From: Cenococcum geophilum
Lineage: Eukaryota
Reading direction: 5' to 3'
DNA: 64,000 bases
Assembly (NCBI GenBank): GCA_050273025.1
Contig: CP158636.1
Span: 6,200,001-6,264,000 of the forward strand
Of this stretch, positions 46,133-60,500 are shown one piece after another; within the stretch, counting starts at the first letter, position 1, and every line of letters begins with the position of its first letter. The notes under the pieces are model-generated. The model saw nothing but the letters and a program-made list of their open reading frames with translations, had not been told where the DNA came from and made no database searches. Position numbers and translations under genes: made by a program.

Positions 46133-48593
46133 ATTCGGTGAATGAGAGTGTTGTTGAGAGTTAAAGTTTGAAACGACAGAAAATGAAGTGAGTGACAATT
46201 GCACCGAAGATTGACTCAGACTTGGACTGATGGATAGAAATTTGTAGTGGAGAAGTAGACAGTCTTATATACCTTTTGGCACTTACGGCGGAGAAACCCC
46301 TTGTTTGGGTGTGGGACAGTGGTTGACAGCCGCATAAGCCTCCACGATACGGCAATGCCGCGTGAATTTGGCGGGGCGCTTGCTTGGTGCTGATCGATAG
46401 CCCATGGAGGCTTCGGCCAGATTTGTGTTCCACGCTCTTTTGGGAAAGGCAGAACGACGGTAGAGGTCCTTGGATGTTCCTGTCGTGATGTTTCCACGGC
46501 CCCGGTTATCCGCCATGTTTTGTTTGGGGGGAGCTCCAGCCCGCCGTGGGCGAGTCTAGACGTGATGAGCTGGAGCCATGGATTTTCTCTCTGGGACACA
46601 AGGCATGGCTAGACGAGAGCTAGTGGTGAGGTTGTGGAGATATTGGCGGACCTAAAAATGCGCCTTGGAGGTTCAGCCCTGCTCTAGAAGACGGACGCGT
46701 GCCATGTGGTGGCTCGATTTGGACGTTGGATGAGAGAATTGGGTCGAAAATAGCAGCTGGGGATCACCGCTAAACTTCAGATGCCTGCTAGCGATCTTTA
46801 CGTTCCTGACGCCAATCCCTTTTCGACCTTTTTCGACCAATCCAATCCCTCTCTGGCGTTCGCTGTGGCTTGAGAGCTATGGAAATGTTCCTTGGCTTCA
46901 CCCCTTGGCTTGGGGTCGACGAAGGATAGATGCGCCCACTCAAGCTACTAACCCCTAGCCACGGCCTTCTCCGCTCCCGTTTACTCTCTCGCAATATGAC
47001 ACGTCAAGTCTCGTTGTGGTCTATCTTGGCCTATGGGGGATGCTGAGTCTTTGTTGAACCAGCAAAACACTTCCGAATTAGGTCGAATGGCAGTCTTTGG
47101 CGCGGTGGGACTGACAGCTCTAGACTTGTCGTGAGTATTGCCAGCTCGCTTCCCTGCAAGCGCGCGGCGTCAAGGATTCGGTGACAGCTGGACCAAGGGA
47201 GAGTGTAGGTTGCGATGTCATGACCCACAGCACCAGGCCGAAAGCTTCTGCGGCCCACCAGGGTTGGTCGATGCCGTGCGACTCCTGTGGGTTGGCTCCC
47301 TTTTGCACAGCGACTGTCTGCCCTGTTCCTCCCTGTTCATTTCCCTCTAACTTTAAATGCCCTCAGCCAATCCCGGCTAAGCTGATTCTACCGTCAGCTA
47401 TCAGATGGACGGGAGTCCCCACGTGGCTGGCACTATCGGCATTTTGTGGCATTCCCCTGGGCGGCTGCATGACTGACAGCCTGCTGCATAACACCCGACC
47501 AAAAAAGCCACGGCTTGGCGCTAATATCAATGCGCCAGTGGCTGGCCAAGAGCCGCTGGTTGCTGCTTCTCCTGACTTGACTATTTCGTCCATCGTATTG
47601 TCCATGTCTTACCCCTGCCAAGTGGGCCTTCACGACGGCCTCCCTCGCTTGGAGGCAGGAAGGCGGTCTCGCCGAATTATCTCGTTGCTGCTCATCCTCG
47701 GACGGCTGTTTTTAAGTTTCGACGGCAGAGAACAGCGAATGAATACGCGCAAAATGTTGCCTCGAATGGTCTGCATTTTCTTTGTTTATGGTGTCTTAGC
47801 TAATTATAAGTATTTGTCGCCTTCATGTAGGAAGCGCTCGCTTCGAAGGTGGGAAGGCGGTATTTACTCCTTTTCGTCCTTTTCCACAGCTGCCGATGAT
47901 GCTGACCATTCACGTACATACCTTTCCCAACGTCCTTAATATCTAGAAACATCGCACTATTATCTTCTTTCGACAACTCGCAGCCAAGCGAGAAAAGTTG
48001 TTTCTAGACCCTCAGGACCCGCTTTCTCCATCAAGTATCTTGCGGAATGACGGAACTGGTCCGGTGTCTCGATGCCAGGGTCAATTCAATATCCGTACAA
48101 TTCATGCCTCATTTCTAATCACCCTACAACCGCGGAACACGGCAACTCTTCAGTGCTTTCGGGAGAGCCAAATCCATGATGCTTCCCTCTAGATAATGCT
48201 TCTCATGAATCTAACTACCCCAAATTATTGACATGGTTTTCTGGAAAGAACACCAAATGCGAGTTGTGGAACCTCGACCTCCTACAAATGCATTTAGTTT
48301 TTTGTCAGGCTGCTCTACAAAGGGTAATATAACAAGTGGCCTCAAGCGCTCAACTTTATTTCTTTGTCTATAAAGAGTTGCGTTGAAGAATCTCCTTGTT
48401 CAAAATTCACCATGTTTTCTTTGAGGTCACAAATACTCCATTTCCACAATATCTTTCTCACGCACTCTGCAATGCTTCAAATAAACACCTATACGCTACC
48501 CTCAATTCGTTTTTTAAGGCTACCCATTCAATTCAAACTAAAAAATCTACCAAGTATCCACCACACCACATAAAAACACCTCACACCACTCCC

Positions 48594-49136
48594 ATGCCCA
48601 CCCTACCAAACTCCGTCCCCACAAGAGCCAACACCTCAGAGGTAAGCCCCCAAGCCCCAGCCACCCAACCCTCAAGCTGCCTCATCTGCACCCTCCCCTA
48701 CTCCACCACGCCACCCCTTACCGTCTTCAACGACACTACCCACGAATCCCCCATCCGTCTCCCCTGCGGCCACACCTTCGGCCAACACTGCCTCCGCCGC
48801 TGGGTCGACCCCACGCTGTCACACGGCGCCACGCGCGGCTGCCCGCTCTGCAGAGCCCCGCTGCCGCCTCTAGCCGCGCCGGTAGAAGCGCCGCAGCGCG
48901 CCAGCGGCCTGTTCTACTTCCCGGTCTTCGACGAGGATGCGGGTGGTGCGGAGTCGGGTTTTGCGGCGGACCTGGCTGAGGAGGTGGTGGGGTTGCTGCG
49001 GGAGACGGATGCGATAGATGAGCTCTATGAGTTTTTGCTGGTGTGGCTGGGAGGGGGTGGTGAGGAGAGTGGTGAGAAGGGGAGGGCATATGCTACGCCA
49101 GTTGTATTGTCTCGAGTTGGAGGATGGGCAGGGTGA
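48594..49136 (+). CDS. Small RING-finger protein (putative E3 ubiquitin ligase)
   Basis: CLIC...PIRLPCGHTFGQHCLRRW...CPLCR; ATG at 48594 inferred. Confidence 0.78.
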   Translation: MPTLPNSVPTRANTSEVSPQAPATQPSSCLICTLPYSTTPPLTVFNDTTHESPIRLPCGHTFGQHCLRRWVDPTLSHGATRGCPLCRAPLPPLAAPVEAPQRASGLFYFPVFDEDAGGAESGFAADLAEEVVGLLRETDAIDELYEFLLVWLGGGGEESGEKGRAYATPVVLSRVGGWAG

Positions 49137-49892
49137 GAAAGGGGTGTGCAGTTGGGGAGGAGACTGGTGTAGACAGGACGGCGTGCAGACGCGTAGAGGA
49201 TGAGCTTATATAAACTAGAAGGGTAGGCTCACTGGAAATAAATATTAGACTTGGACTGGGGTTTGACTCCTTAATAAAACCTTTCAGCGTTATTTTTCTT
49301 GAAAGTTTTTCTTGCTTGCTTATAAGATGGACAGTCGAGGCCTTCTGAAATTAGGCATTTTGTCTCAACACCCAACAGCACTTGCCTAACCGTCATTACC
49401 ACGTATATCTTCGGTCTATTTAATAAAATTCTTGTCATTCGCAGTCTGCTCTTTTCTTACCCATCTATTCAATTTTCTTGATTCCTTCGTCACAAACCCG
49501 CATACCATGCTTGTGCCTCAGATCCCAGCTATCTTCTCAGCCCCCTAACCATCCTCAAAAACAACACTAAGAGATATGCACTATCCGCAGCATAAAAAGA
49601 TTTCCTTCTCCCACTTAAACCGTGTTTTTTTGAGCCAGCACCACACATCCTAATGTCACGAAGTACCGACTTTCCATCACTCGCACTCACTCCACTAACG
49701 CAAGATAGCAATGCCGCTCCCAGCCAAGCGCAACACACCCGAACGCCAAATCCATCGCAGAAGACAAGGGTATCAAAGAAACGGACCAACCCCCCAAAAG
49801 CACTCTCCCTAAAAAGCACCTTTCACAATTTGCGCACTCCTCCCTAAACCAGGCCGTCAAGTCATCCCACCACGCCCTCCCAACCCAACCCC

Positions 49893-51263
49893 TCACCACC
49901 TCCTCCGCTCTTTATACTTCATGCTCCCCCTTCCTTTATAAACCACCCCTTCCATCGCCCCACCCGTATCACCACCAGCAGCATACCCACCCCCCTGATC
50001 CTCCTCCCCCCTCGCCCCCTCAAACCTCCCCTCGCCCCCCTCCCTCGCCCACTCCTCCCTCCTCAACACCGCCTCATCATCCCGCTCCCCCCTTCTCCCG
50101 CCCTGGCGCCCATACCCATCGTCATAATACTGATTCGGCAAGCTCCGCTGCCTCCTCTGCCGCGGACTCCCCTCGACACTGCCGCGCCTGCTCCGCGACG
50201 GCGGAGGCGACCGCTGCCTCCGGTGGCGCGGCGCGGGACTCATGTTCTCGGGCAGCGGCGAGCGCGTGCGGGAGCGGGAGCGCTGGCGCGGGCGCCCGCG
50301 GAGCGTGTGGTCGGGCGAGGCGTCGCTGCGGCGGCGGCTGCGCGCGTTGGTTTTGGGCGGGTGCAGGGACGCGGAGGTGGAGGAGGAGGAGCGGCGGTGG
50401 TGGTGGTGGCGGCGGCGGTGCTGATGGTGCTGGTGGGTGTGCGGCTGGCGGTGGCGGCTGGCGGAGCGGCGGGAGTGGCCGCGGGAGGGGGAGGGGGAGC
50501 GTGAGGGGGAGTGGGAGGGCCGGCGCCGCCGCGGGCGACGGCCGCGGGGTTCGGAGGAGAGGTGCGGGAGGGGAGGGCGTGGAGGAGGGGGTGTGAGGGG
50601 CGTTTTGGTGCGGCGCTCGAGTTCGCCGCTGTTCGAGATTAGGACGGGGGTGAGGGGGCGGTCGTCCTTGTCGGTTTGGAGGGAGGCGAGCTGCTCGAGG
50701 ATGGGCTGGCCGGAGACGAGGTGTCCGAAAACTGTGTGTTTGGCGTTGAGGTGGGTGCAGGGTGCGAGGGTTATGAAGAATCTAGTGCGAGGTGGGGTTA
50801 GTAGTTGTACCTGTACTAGGATCTGCGGGGGATGAGATAGAGAGTGGGAGATGGTGTATCGTACTGACTACCGTTTGTGTTTCTTCCTCTGTTAGCCATG
50901 CAGACGAGGCCAGCCGCGTCGATCTCTCTCCAGCCGATGTTCTCGTCCTCAAATTGTTCGCCGTATATCGAGGTGCCCCCGGTACCATCGCCCTTCGTAA
51001 TGTCGCCGCCTTGGATCATGAACTCGTCGATGATGCGGTGGAATGGTGACATTTTGTAGGTTAGAGGAGGATTTGATCCAGTACATAGAGTACGGAAGCT
51101 GAAGAGGCGTTAGCAAGATAGGCCAAGCTGTTGTGATATAGCATTCGTACTTCTCGCAAGTTTTGGGGGCTTTATCAACAAAGAGTTCTATAACCAGCCT
51201 TCCGATAGGTTCCGTTCCCACACTGACGTCAAGAAAGACGCGCGGACGAGTAATACTCGCCAT
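49893..51263 (-). CDS. Cyclophilin-type PPIase with an RS-rich C-terminus (PPIG/CypG-like); 3 exons
   Basis: [75 protein letters not shown]; Arg/Ser/Pro-rich tail ending [13 protein letters not shown]; His at the cyclophilin A W121 position. Confidence 0.92.
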
Positions 51264-51506
51264 GGTGGTTCTGCCTGCTCTACAAGCAGAGGATCAGTCG
51301 TTGCCAAAAGAAAAGAAGAGGAAAGTCGAAGGTGAGGTGGACGATTTGCTCGTGTGACGATGCATGCTTGACTCAAGCATTATGACGCTAGTGATATTCT
51401 GCCGCATGACACCGTCCTGTGTATTTTCAGAAGCTGCCAAGACGTCGAAATAATTTCTCTAGCCTTTCGCTCGAGCTTAACACTATACTGCTATATAACC
51501 GCCACA
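51264..51506. promoter_or_regulatory. Probable shared bidirectional promoter (243 bp) between the cyclophilin gene and KRR1
   Basis: Head-to-head ATGs at 51263 (-) and 51507 (+); tatataa at ~51492. Confidence 0.55.
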
Positions 51507-52662
<1,156 letters not shown>

Positions 52663-52870
52663 CTCGGATGGGATTCCAGGTTGTTTGCCATTGCATTGCA
52701 TGGGTTCAGGCGTTTTAAACGGCTTAGGAGCATTGGTTTTTTATGCTTCATAGCATTGAATGTTACATTTGTTGTATATCCCATTGAAATACCTTGATCG
52801 TACACGGGCATGGCTTCATCCCCAACTGCACACCGCCATACTCCAATTAAGCCCAGCTCTAGCCTCCCAC

Positions 52871-53958
52871 TTACGCGACCTTCTTCTCCTCCCTCTGCAT
52901 CTTCTTCAACGCCCTCTTCCTAATTGACTCGTGCATCCCGCGGTTCCAGTCAACCACAAACTTATTCATCGTCCCCAAAAACGTTAACAATCCCCAATGC
53001 ATAAGCCCATGCGCCCAATACGGCGTGCTGGTATACGCAATGCCCTGCGCACCTCCACTCCGCCCAATCCTGCCCAGCGCAGCCCGCACGAACTGCTTCG
53101 ACGTCGGCACCATGGCGCTCGCGCGACGGATCTTCGACATGGCCGATGTGACGAGGTACGACTGCACGAGCTGCACACGCACGCCGTGCGGAGCGAGCTC
53201 TGAACCCAGCGCCGTCGACCACTGCTGCAGGAACGCTTTGCTGCCGGAGTAGGTGGCCAGGAGCGGAGTCGGGAGGATGCCGCCGAAGGACGCCATGGTG
53301 ATGATGAGACCGCGCTTGCGCGAGATCATGCCCGGCGCGATCAGTTGGGTGATGCGGAGCGTGCCGAGGCAGTTTATCATGATTATGTCCGTCATCTCCT
53401 TGTGCGGGGTCTGGACGAAAGGGACGGGGATCGAGTGGCTCAGTCCCACGTTGTTCACTAGTATAGAGACATCGATGTCGGTCAATAGCGCTTTGAGACG
53501 TCCGTAGTCAATGTCGTCGTTGCGGGCAAAGTCCATGACTAGGACTTTGGTCTTAATGCCTGCATTCTTGGTTTCGATTTCGGAGGCAAGCGCATCTAGT
53601 TTGGATTGCGTGCGAGAGATGAGGACGATGTTGAAGCCTTTGCGGGCGAGCTGGAGGGCGTATTCTTTGCCAATGCCGTCGGAGGCGCCGGTTACGACTG
53701 CCCAGGAGCCTTTGGGACCGAATTTGGAGATCTGATATCATTCATGAGAAAGCTGGAGATGAAGTTGGGAGGATAAGAACTTACGGGAATGCCAGGTAGG
53801 ACGAACAAACTCAGGAGCACGCGGAAATAGCTAATAATGGGTTTACTAATGGTATAGAGCGCGATTGAGAAAGTTGAGATTAGAATTGTTTTTGCCAAAA
53901 TAGAATTCGTAGAGATATGAATCCCTAAAGGCTCCAGAATCCCTTCAACAGAAGCCAT
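52871..53958 (-). CDS. IFA38: Very-long-chain 3-oxoacyl-CoA reductase (SDR family); intron 53784-53732
   Basis: N-terminal membrane anchor; [28 protein letters not shown]; catalytic YSGSK; C-terminal KKVA ER-retrieval motif. Confidence 0.93.
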
Positions 53959-55182
53959 GTTGGTTGCTGGTTGCTTGTTGAGTTCGTGGGGATGTTTGAG
54001 ATTTCGGTAGGCGAATATCGGCTTTTAATGCTCCTTTACAAGCTTGTCTGAACTTCCCCGACGTGCCCGACAATTTCGACAATTTCGACTCGGTGTCTAT
54101 GCTCTTTGTTAGCAAATGAGATGCTTTTTTCATTTAGGGGAGAATTGCCTAGTCATGGCTTGTTATATCAAAAATTGATTTTCAAAGTACGAAATATTCA
54201 CACCCAGGGGCTAACGATGCATTTTATCTCATATGGACATACCGAGCTAGGCCTGGTTAAGTTCAAGAAGAGTTAGATTGGATCGAACTGAAAGTCAAGC
54301 AGAAGGTCGCGTTCATGGCTGCGCGCAGGGGTTCACATTGACATTTCTAGAGCTTCAAATGGGTCTCAAATTTAAGCTAGTGCTCAAGGCTCGAGGTTCA
54401 ACCAAAGGCCTCAGAAAGCCAGTTGTCACCAGGATTATACGAAATTAGCGCTAAAAACCGGGTGGTAAAATGCACACCAAGACTGCGTGGCTGTGGTCCA
54501 ATAATCAAATGATCGCCTTCAGATATGTTTCAGAATCATTCGAAGGCTCCAGAATCGAGTTAATTTATTTGGCTGCTAAGAGAACTATCTAAGCATTTCT
54601 GCCGCATTGTACGGAGCATCGAGGGGTCTTTAATACTGACTGTTGTCGGCTAGAAACACGAGAAGTTCGTTTACGACTATTTCGCAGCCTAACAAGCACA
54701 ATGCAGGGCTGTTGCGCTGCCTCCCGCTGCGCCACTTGTGTGGCCAAACAAGCCAAAAATAGCGGTACTACACGTATATCCTAGTCCTTGCTTCGAAATT
54801 ATATATCCAAAGATCAGCGGGAGCCTACTTAGATATTTCCACGCTGCTTTCCTCGGCCGGTTCAGTCAAGCTAATACGAATGAAAATCATCTAGAATGAA
54901 GATAAATATAAGTTATTATTATATGCCTAAGCTTTTACATTTCTTTCGCGAGCACATGGCATAGGAGGTAGACTAAACGTGGGAGAGTCTTGGTTTAGTC
55001 TGCCACATTTTATTTCAACCTACCCTCCGCAGCTATTTTCACATTGGCTATATGTATGTGGAGAAGTTACCTTCAATCACCAGGCTCTTTAACTAACTAG
55101 CTGACTGACATTCTACTAGATTTAAAGCTATTATCCATCATCCAGCCGGCCCAGCGCTCCTTGCTGCCTATCGATTAGTCTC

Positions 55183-55803
55183 ATGGCTGTAAAGTGTGGA
55201 ACAATCGGCATTGTGAAGAAGGATCCACTCAGTAATGGCGAGGTCCACGTTCCGTTTAGCATTATTGTGAATGAGTCCAATAGTGTTGACCTCATCAGTT
55301 TTGACGTAGTCAACAAATTAGGGATCGCAGACGAAATCAAAACTTCCGATATTACTAGCCTTGAAGAAGCAGCTCCAGGAATAAAAGGAGGCGTAAAGGG
55401 TACCGTGAAGATAAAATTTCATTTTCTGGAGGATGCCCAGGGTATTTCCCCTGTCTACGTGAAGCATTACTGGCGCACACTCTATGTTCCTGAGGAGACC
55501 GACTGCAATTTTGATGTCTCACTGTGTAGGCCGACCGCAACTATACTTGGATGGGACATTCCGAAGCACCTCGATACGGAGGAAGGATATAAGGTAGCAT
55601 CAGCGGTGCCAAGTCTAGGTAAGCAGTGCTCTTGGATGAGTTTTCCAGCTGCTAAACTGACACCGAATACCTGGCAGGCTCGACTTCCAGACGTTCTTTA
55701 CCATATACCATATACGGTTCAATGGCTACTACTTACTTCACCCGAGCTTCCACCATTCGTAACCTTAGAAGATGAAAAGGAAAAGAAAAGAATAAATTTT
55801 TGA
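55183..55803 (+). CDS. Hypothetical protein with a degenerate retropepsin-like pattern; probable intron 55619-55677 (spliced stop at 55775)
   Basis: 206-aa ORF free of RIP damage; IIVNESNSVDLISFDVVNKLGI..GTVKIKF..LYV..FDVSLC; GTAAGC..CTGAC..CAG intron. Confidence 0.55.
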   Translation: MAVKCGTIGIVKKDPLSNGEVHVPFSIIVNESNSVDLISFDVVNKLGIADEIKTSDITSLEEAAPGIKGGVKGTVKIKFHFLEDAQGISPVYVKHYWRTLYVPEETDCNFDVSLCRPTATILGWDIPKHLDTEEGYKVASAVPSLGKQCSWMSFPAAKLTPNTWQARLPDVLYHIPYTVQWLLLTSPELPPFVTLEDEKEKKRINF

Positions 55804-56189
55804 AGGGGGGATATTGGAGGTACAGTTGAAGCTTAGATCAGGGTTGTTCCGGAAGCTGAAGGCTCAACTGAAGCTTTCTTTTTCCTGAACTCTTCCTTCT
55901 TTTGCAGCATGATGCATAATCGTCCATATATCGTCACTAGTATTGCAAAATATATCTTAAGCTCATTGCAGCATTATGTCACCACAGTCACAGGAATAAT
56001 TGGCATCAATCGTGTGTATCTCAGAATGTCATTAAACTGTTCAACGATTTTACAGCCCAGCCCGCATTATTCAATTTTCCAGTAGACTTTCCACCTCTTG
56101 AAATGAAGGTTTGATTAACGAACCACGTACAGGAGGCCACCAGACCACGTTTTCCAGGGCTTTTCGCTGGCGAGCAACAGGAGCATACC

Positions 56190-57095
56190 CTCTGAAGATA
56201 AAATATGTTTAGAACTACGTTATATATTTAGTTACTAATATCTTCTATTCTACTACTAGTATTACTTTTAGGTCTCTATATATTTATATAAGTCTACTTA
56301 TAAAGCTATCCTAGCTTAAGAATATATACTAAACCTCTAGGTTAGTAGTTATTATATTATTTACCTATATCTCTATAAGGTAAGGTTTAAACTATTTAAG
56401 CGCCCTACTAGTTAGAAATAATCCTATATATAATACCTAATCTATAGGTATTACTAGCTTAGCTCCTTATATTACCTTAAATTATATTTACAATAAAAAT
56501 CCTTTAAGTTTTATCTTCTTTTCTATAAATCTTTTAATTAATAGTGTCTTAACCTTTATTATAGATAATTCTTAAATTATATTCTTAAGTATCGCGTTAC
56601 TTTTGTTTATTTATCCTATTACATCCTTTAGGTTAGCTATAGTAATTACCTATAAGTTATCGCTGTCTACAATATTAGTATCTCCTCCTTCTAAGGTTAT
56701 TGCCGCTATTAATAACGTTATTATAAGTTATACTAATATCTTAGGTGCTATATTAACTATAACTATAGTAGTAATTATATTATAAGGCCTTATAGGAGTA
56801 CTATAGTAGACCTATAAACAGGTTAGGTATATAGATAGATATAACTTAATAATACTTTAATAGTAGAGTACTACCTAATAGATTAACTCTAGTATGTTCT
56901 AAAAATTACTATAAAGAGAGAACTATCTATAATATAACGTACGTATTATATATATATAGTAAAATCTCCTTAATACAATATAGGGTATATAATAATAACC
57001 TCTACATTACAATCTACACCCCTTAATTAAGCCTTTTTTGGTATAATATTACGATAATCTAACTTTTGGCAATATTATTAAGCACTTACTACTAA
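56190..57095. other. RIP-degraded AT-rich repeat relic
   Basis: Abrupt switch to TpA-rich composition; family not readable. Confidence 0.55.
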
Positions 57096-57097
57096 TA

Positions 57098-57530
57098 ACG
57101 TGTTCTATCAGTCATCTGGTAATATCAGTCATCCAGTAGCCCCAAAAACTACTAAAAATTGGAAAAACTGCACCTTAATATCTCGATAACGGCTTAATAA
57201 TAAATACCAAAATTCTATAATTAGCCTTTTATACCTATTTTAAACCTCTTATTAGATTTAAAAAATAATCTATTAAGTAGCTCTGGAGATATCACGGATA
57301 TTGTAATTTAGCTTAAAATTGGGGGCTAAAACCCAATATCTAAATATTGGCCCGACTTATTATACTAGAACTTTATTAGGGGTCTTAATATAGGCGTAAA
57401 AGGCTAATTATAAAATTTCAGAATTTATTATTAAGCCGTTGTCAAGATATTAAGGTGCAGTTTTTCTAATTTTTGGTGGTTTTTGGGGCTACTAGATAAC
57501 TGATATTACTGGATAACTGATAGAATACGT
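57098..57530. mobile_element. Tc1/mariner-pogo-type MITE (433 bp) with long TIRs
   Basis: ta|acgtgttctatcagtcatc...gataactgatagaatacgt|ta; the inverted repeat extends ~150 bp, with mostly RIP-type mismatches; ACGT termini and TA TSD. Confidence 0.85.
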
Positions 57531-57539
57531 TATTGGTAT

Positions 57540-60500
57540 TGTAGCTAGAATATATTGCATTGCAATAGGAGGCAAATTGCCGCCACGTGTGGCAAGTTGC
57601 CGTTACGTAAGGCAAGTTGCCGTCACGTGTTACCGCGGCACTAGCGTGGTAAGGAACCTTAAGTTTCTTACCCTTCTTTGTATTAAAAGATAATATCCAT
57701 CTATAACACCGCATAGTATATATTATTGTGATATATATATTCTGCATGTTGTTAAAGTATACTAACACTGATTAGTAAGCGCGCACAGATTAGGAAACAT
57801 GTAGATAGCTTAAAAGACAGTTATACTGTCTACCTTGCAGCAGATTGGAAGATAGTTGTACTTATCCACCTTTTATATTAGCCTATTTTAGTTAAAGAGA
57901 AGAAGAGAAACTACCTAGGAGTACTTATTTAGTATCTATAACGACTTCTAGACATCTCATTCTATTTATTTCAGAAGACTACTACGCAGAGCACTTTACC
58001 CTACTTAATTAACTCGAACTATCCCCTTAACCGTCTCCTTAACCGCCTCCTTAACCGCCTCCTTAACCGCCTCCTTAACTGTTCCCTTACCTTTACCTTT
58101 TAAATACCCTTACCTTTACCCTTACTTACCTAAATAATATATAATAAACAAGATGTTAGGAACAGAGAAAGACTAGGAGGAAGAAGCAGCTAAATAGGAA
58201 AATGGGATTAACCTAATAGAAGCCTCTAAAGATGAACTAACTAACTACCTATAATGCAAGATGTACCTATACACAGAGATATATAACTAGCTTAACTTAA
58301 CACTCTAGAAATCGTTTTAGGGAGATTTTAAGGACTTTACGGTTAATATCTTTACGCGAATCCCCTTATACTGGCTTTAGTAACTATATAACTGCCTAAA
58401 TATTAGAGGAGTATAGGTTAATGTTAACTATAAACGAAACAAAACACTTCCTTAGTCTTTATACGATATAGTATAAGAAGAAGACTAAACTAAATAGAGT
58501 AGAGAGATGATTAAATTAGCTAATAATAAGTACGGACCGATGTTATTAAGATTAATTAAGGTATATATAACAGAGGGTACCTTAGAGGAGTAATAATAAG
58601 CTAAAGCTACCGCAACCTAACTAACCGGTATACTAACTACCTCTACCTTTATACTAGCTATTATACCTTAATCTATAACTACGTCCACTTTTACACTATC
58701 TGCTACGCCTTAACCCGTAATAATAACATAGTAACTCTACGTATAATCTATAGATGAGGAGAACCACCCTATTACTGTGACCGGCTATAGTAAGGAAATT
58801 GTAAATATAGCTAAGATATATATAGAGGAGTAGAAATACGGTAGCACGAACGAAAGCCTTGACTATAAATTATTAATATTCTACAACATCTGCAATTAAG
58901 CGGATGTACCCTAAAAAGCCTACCTTAAGGCATTCCCTACTATGCTAAAAGGACTAGCTTTAGACCACTTCTATATAAACTAACTGTCCCGCCTACTATT
59001 TGCTAAAGCTTATAAGCACCTTTGGAATTTCTTTAAAGGACTAGGATTTTAACGTAAGAACCTAGACGAGTGGAATACTATTACACTTATAACAGTAATA
59101 GTAGGAAATATAGATAAGTCGATAAGCGAATGTCTCCAATTATTAATCTATAGACTTCGTTAACTATAGTATAGCCTTAGACCTACTTTGTAAACCATAG
59201 ACTTCCTTTATAATAAAATCGTTACTTCTTGCTAGGGAATACTAGTATATAGATATATAGTCTCTGACCCACCGGACAACCTTAGAGCCCTTTCTTAACA
59301 AACTTTAATTGTCTATTATAGTATACGAGAAAGAATATACGGAGAAGACATAAGCCTTCTTTACAGACTGACGGTTCTATAAAAGAGATAATAACTATAA
59401 CCGCAGTAACTATAATAACCCTCCATACAACCGCAACCGAAAGAAACTATGTTGCTTCGTATATAATAGGGAAGGATGTCGCTTATAGAGACATACTAAG
59501 GAGGAGTAAGAAGAGTCTAAAGCTAAGTTTAGAACTGCTAATAGAGACAGGTTTAGTAAATTCGACAACTAATTTAAGAAACGACTTAACTAATATATTA
59601 TAGATTACGAGAATAATAATACCGACTTAGAAGAAGAGCTTAAGGAAGCTTTTTAAGTACTAACTATTAATGCAAGTTATGAGGCAACTAACAAGAACTT
59701 ATAACTAAATATTAATTACTACTATACCTCCCTCGGCCAAGTGGAACAGTAGAAAGTAATTTCTATAGCCGTTACCCTAGCTAATAAAGCCTTTGGCTAT
59801 TTGGTCATAACTATAGACAATATAGTACCTCTTATAACTAACTAGGACCCCTTTACCTACAATACAACTATATCTACGTCCCGCTATACTATAGACAAGT
59901 TTATAGGTATAATAATTGACATAGGAGTATCTAAACAATCCATAGTAGGATATGGCCAATTCTTGGCATTCTAGAGACTCGATACTAATTATAGCTTAAT
60001 ACCACCACATAAGGCATAGTTAATGTACAGTTTGGCATTAGATTAACCTTATTAATTAGATTAGCTAAAGTAATTACCCTAATTGGCATAATCGAGTTTT
60101 ATATTGTTAAGGTCGACACCCTATTTTTGCTTTGCTTGGCAGATATGGATTACCTATAAGTATACTACAACAACCTAAAAAATATAATAATTACCCCTTA
60201 GAGCAAAGTACCTGTCGTACGTCGCTTTAGCTACCCTTTCCTACTTTAGAACATATCCCTATATACTTATTTAACTAAGTTATTTAAATAAAACCCCTGC
60301 TACCTTACCAACGTAGAATTAAAGCGACTGTATCGCCGTTTTAGCCACCCTTTAGCTAAGCGTTTTATATAAATACTTAAACGCTTAGGGTATAATGTTA
60401 ACAGCAAGACCTTAGATCATCTTACACGCTACTGCTACTATTGTTAAAAATATGGAAAGTTGCCTGGTAGATTCAGATTTACCTTATATAATAATATTAA

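Noticed and set aside
47181..47939. 252-aa ORF on the + strand
   Set aside because: Non-ATG start, no recognisable domain, composition like intergenic DNA; cannot be excluded without RNA-seq.
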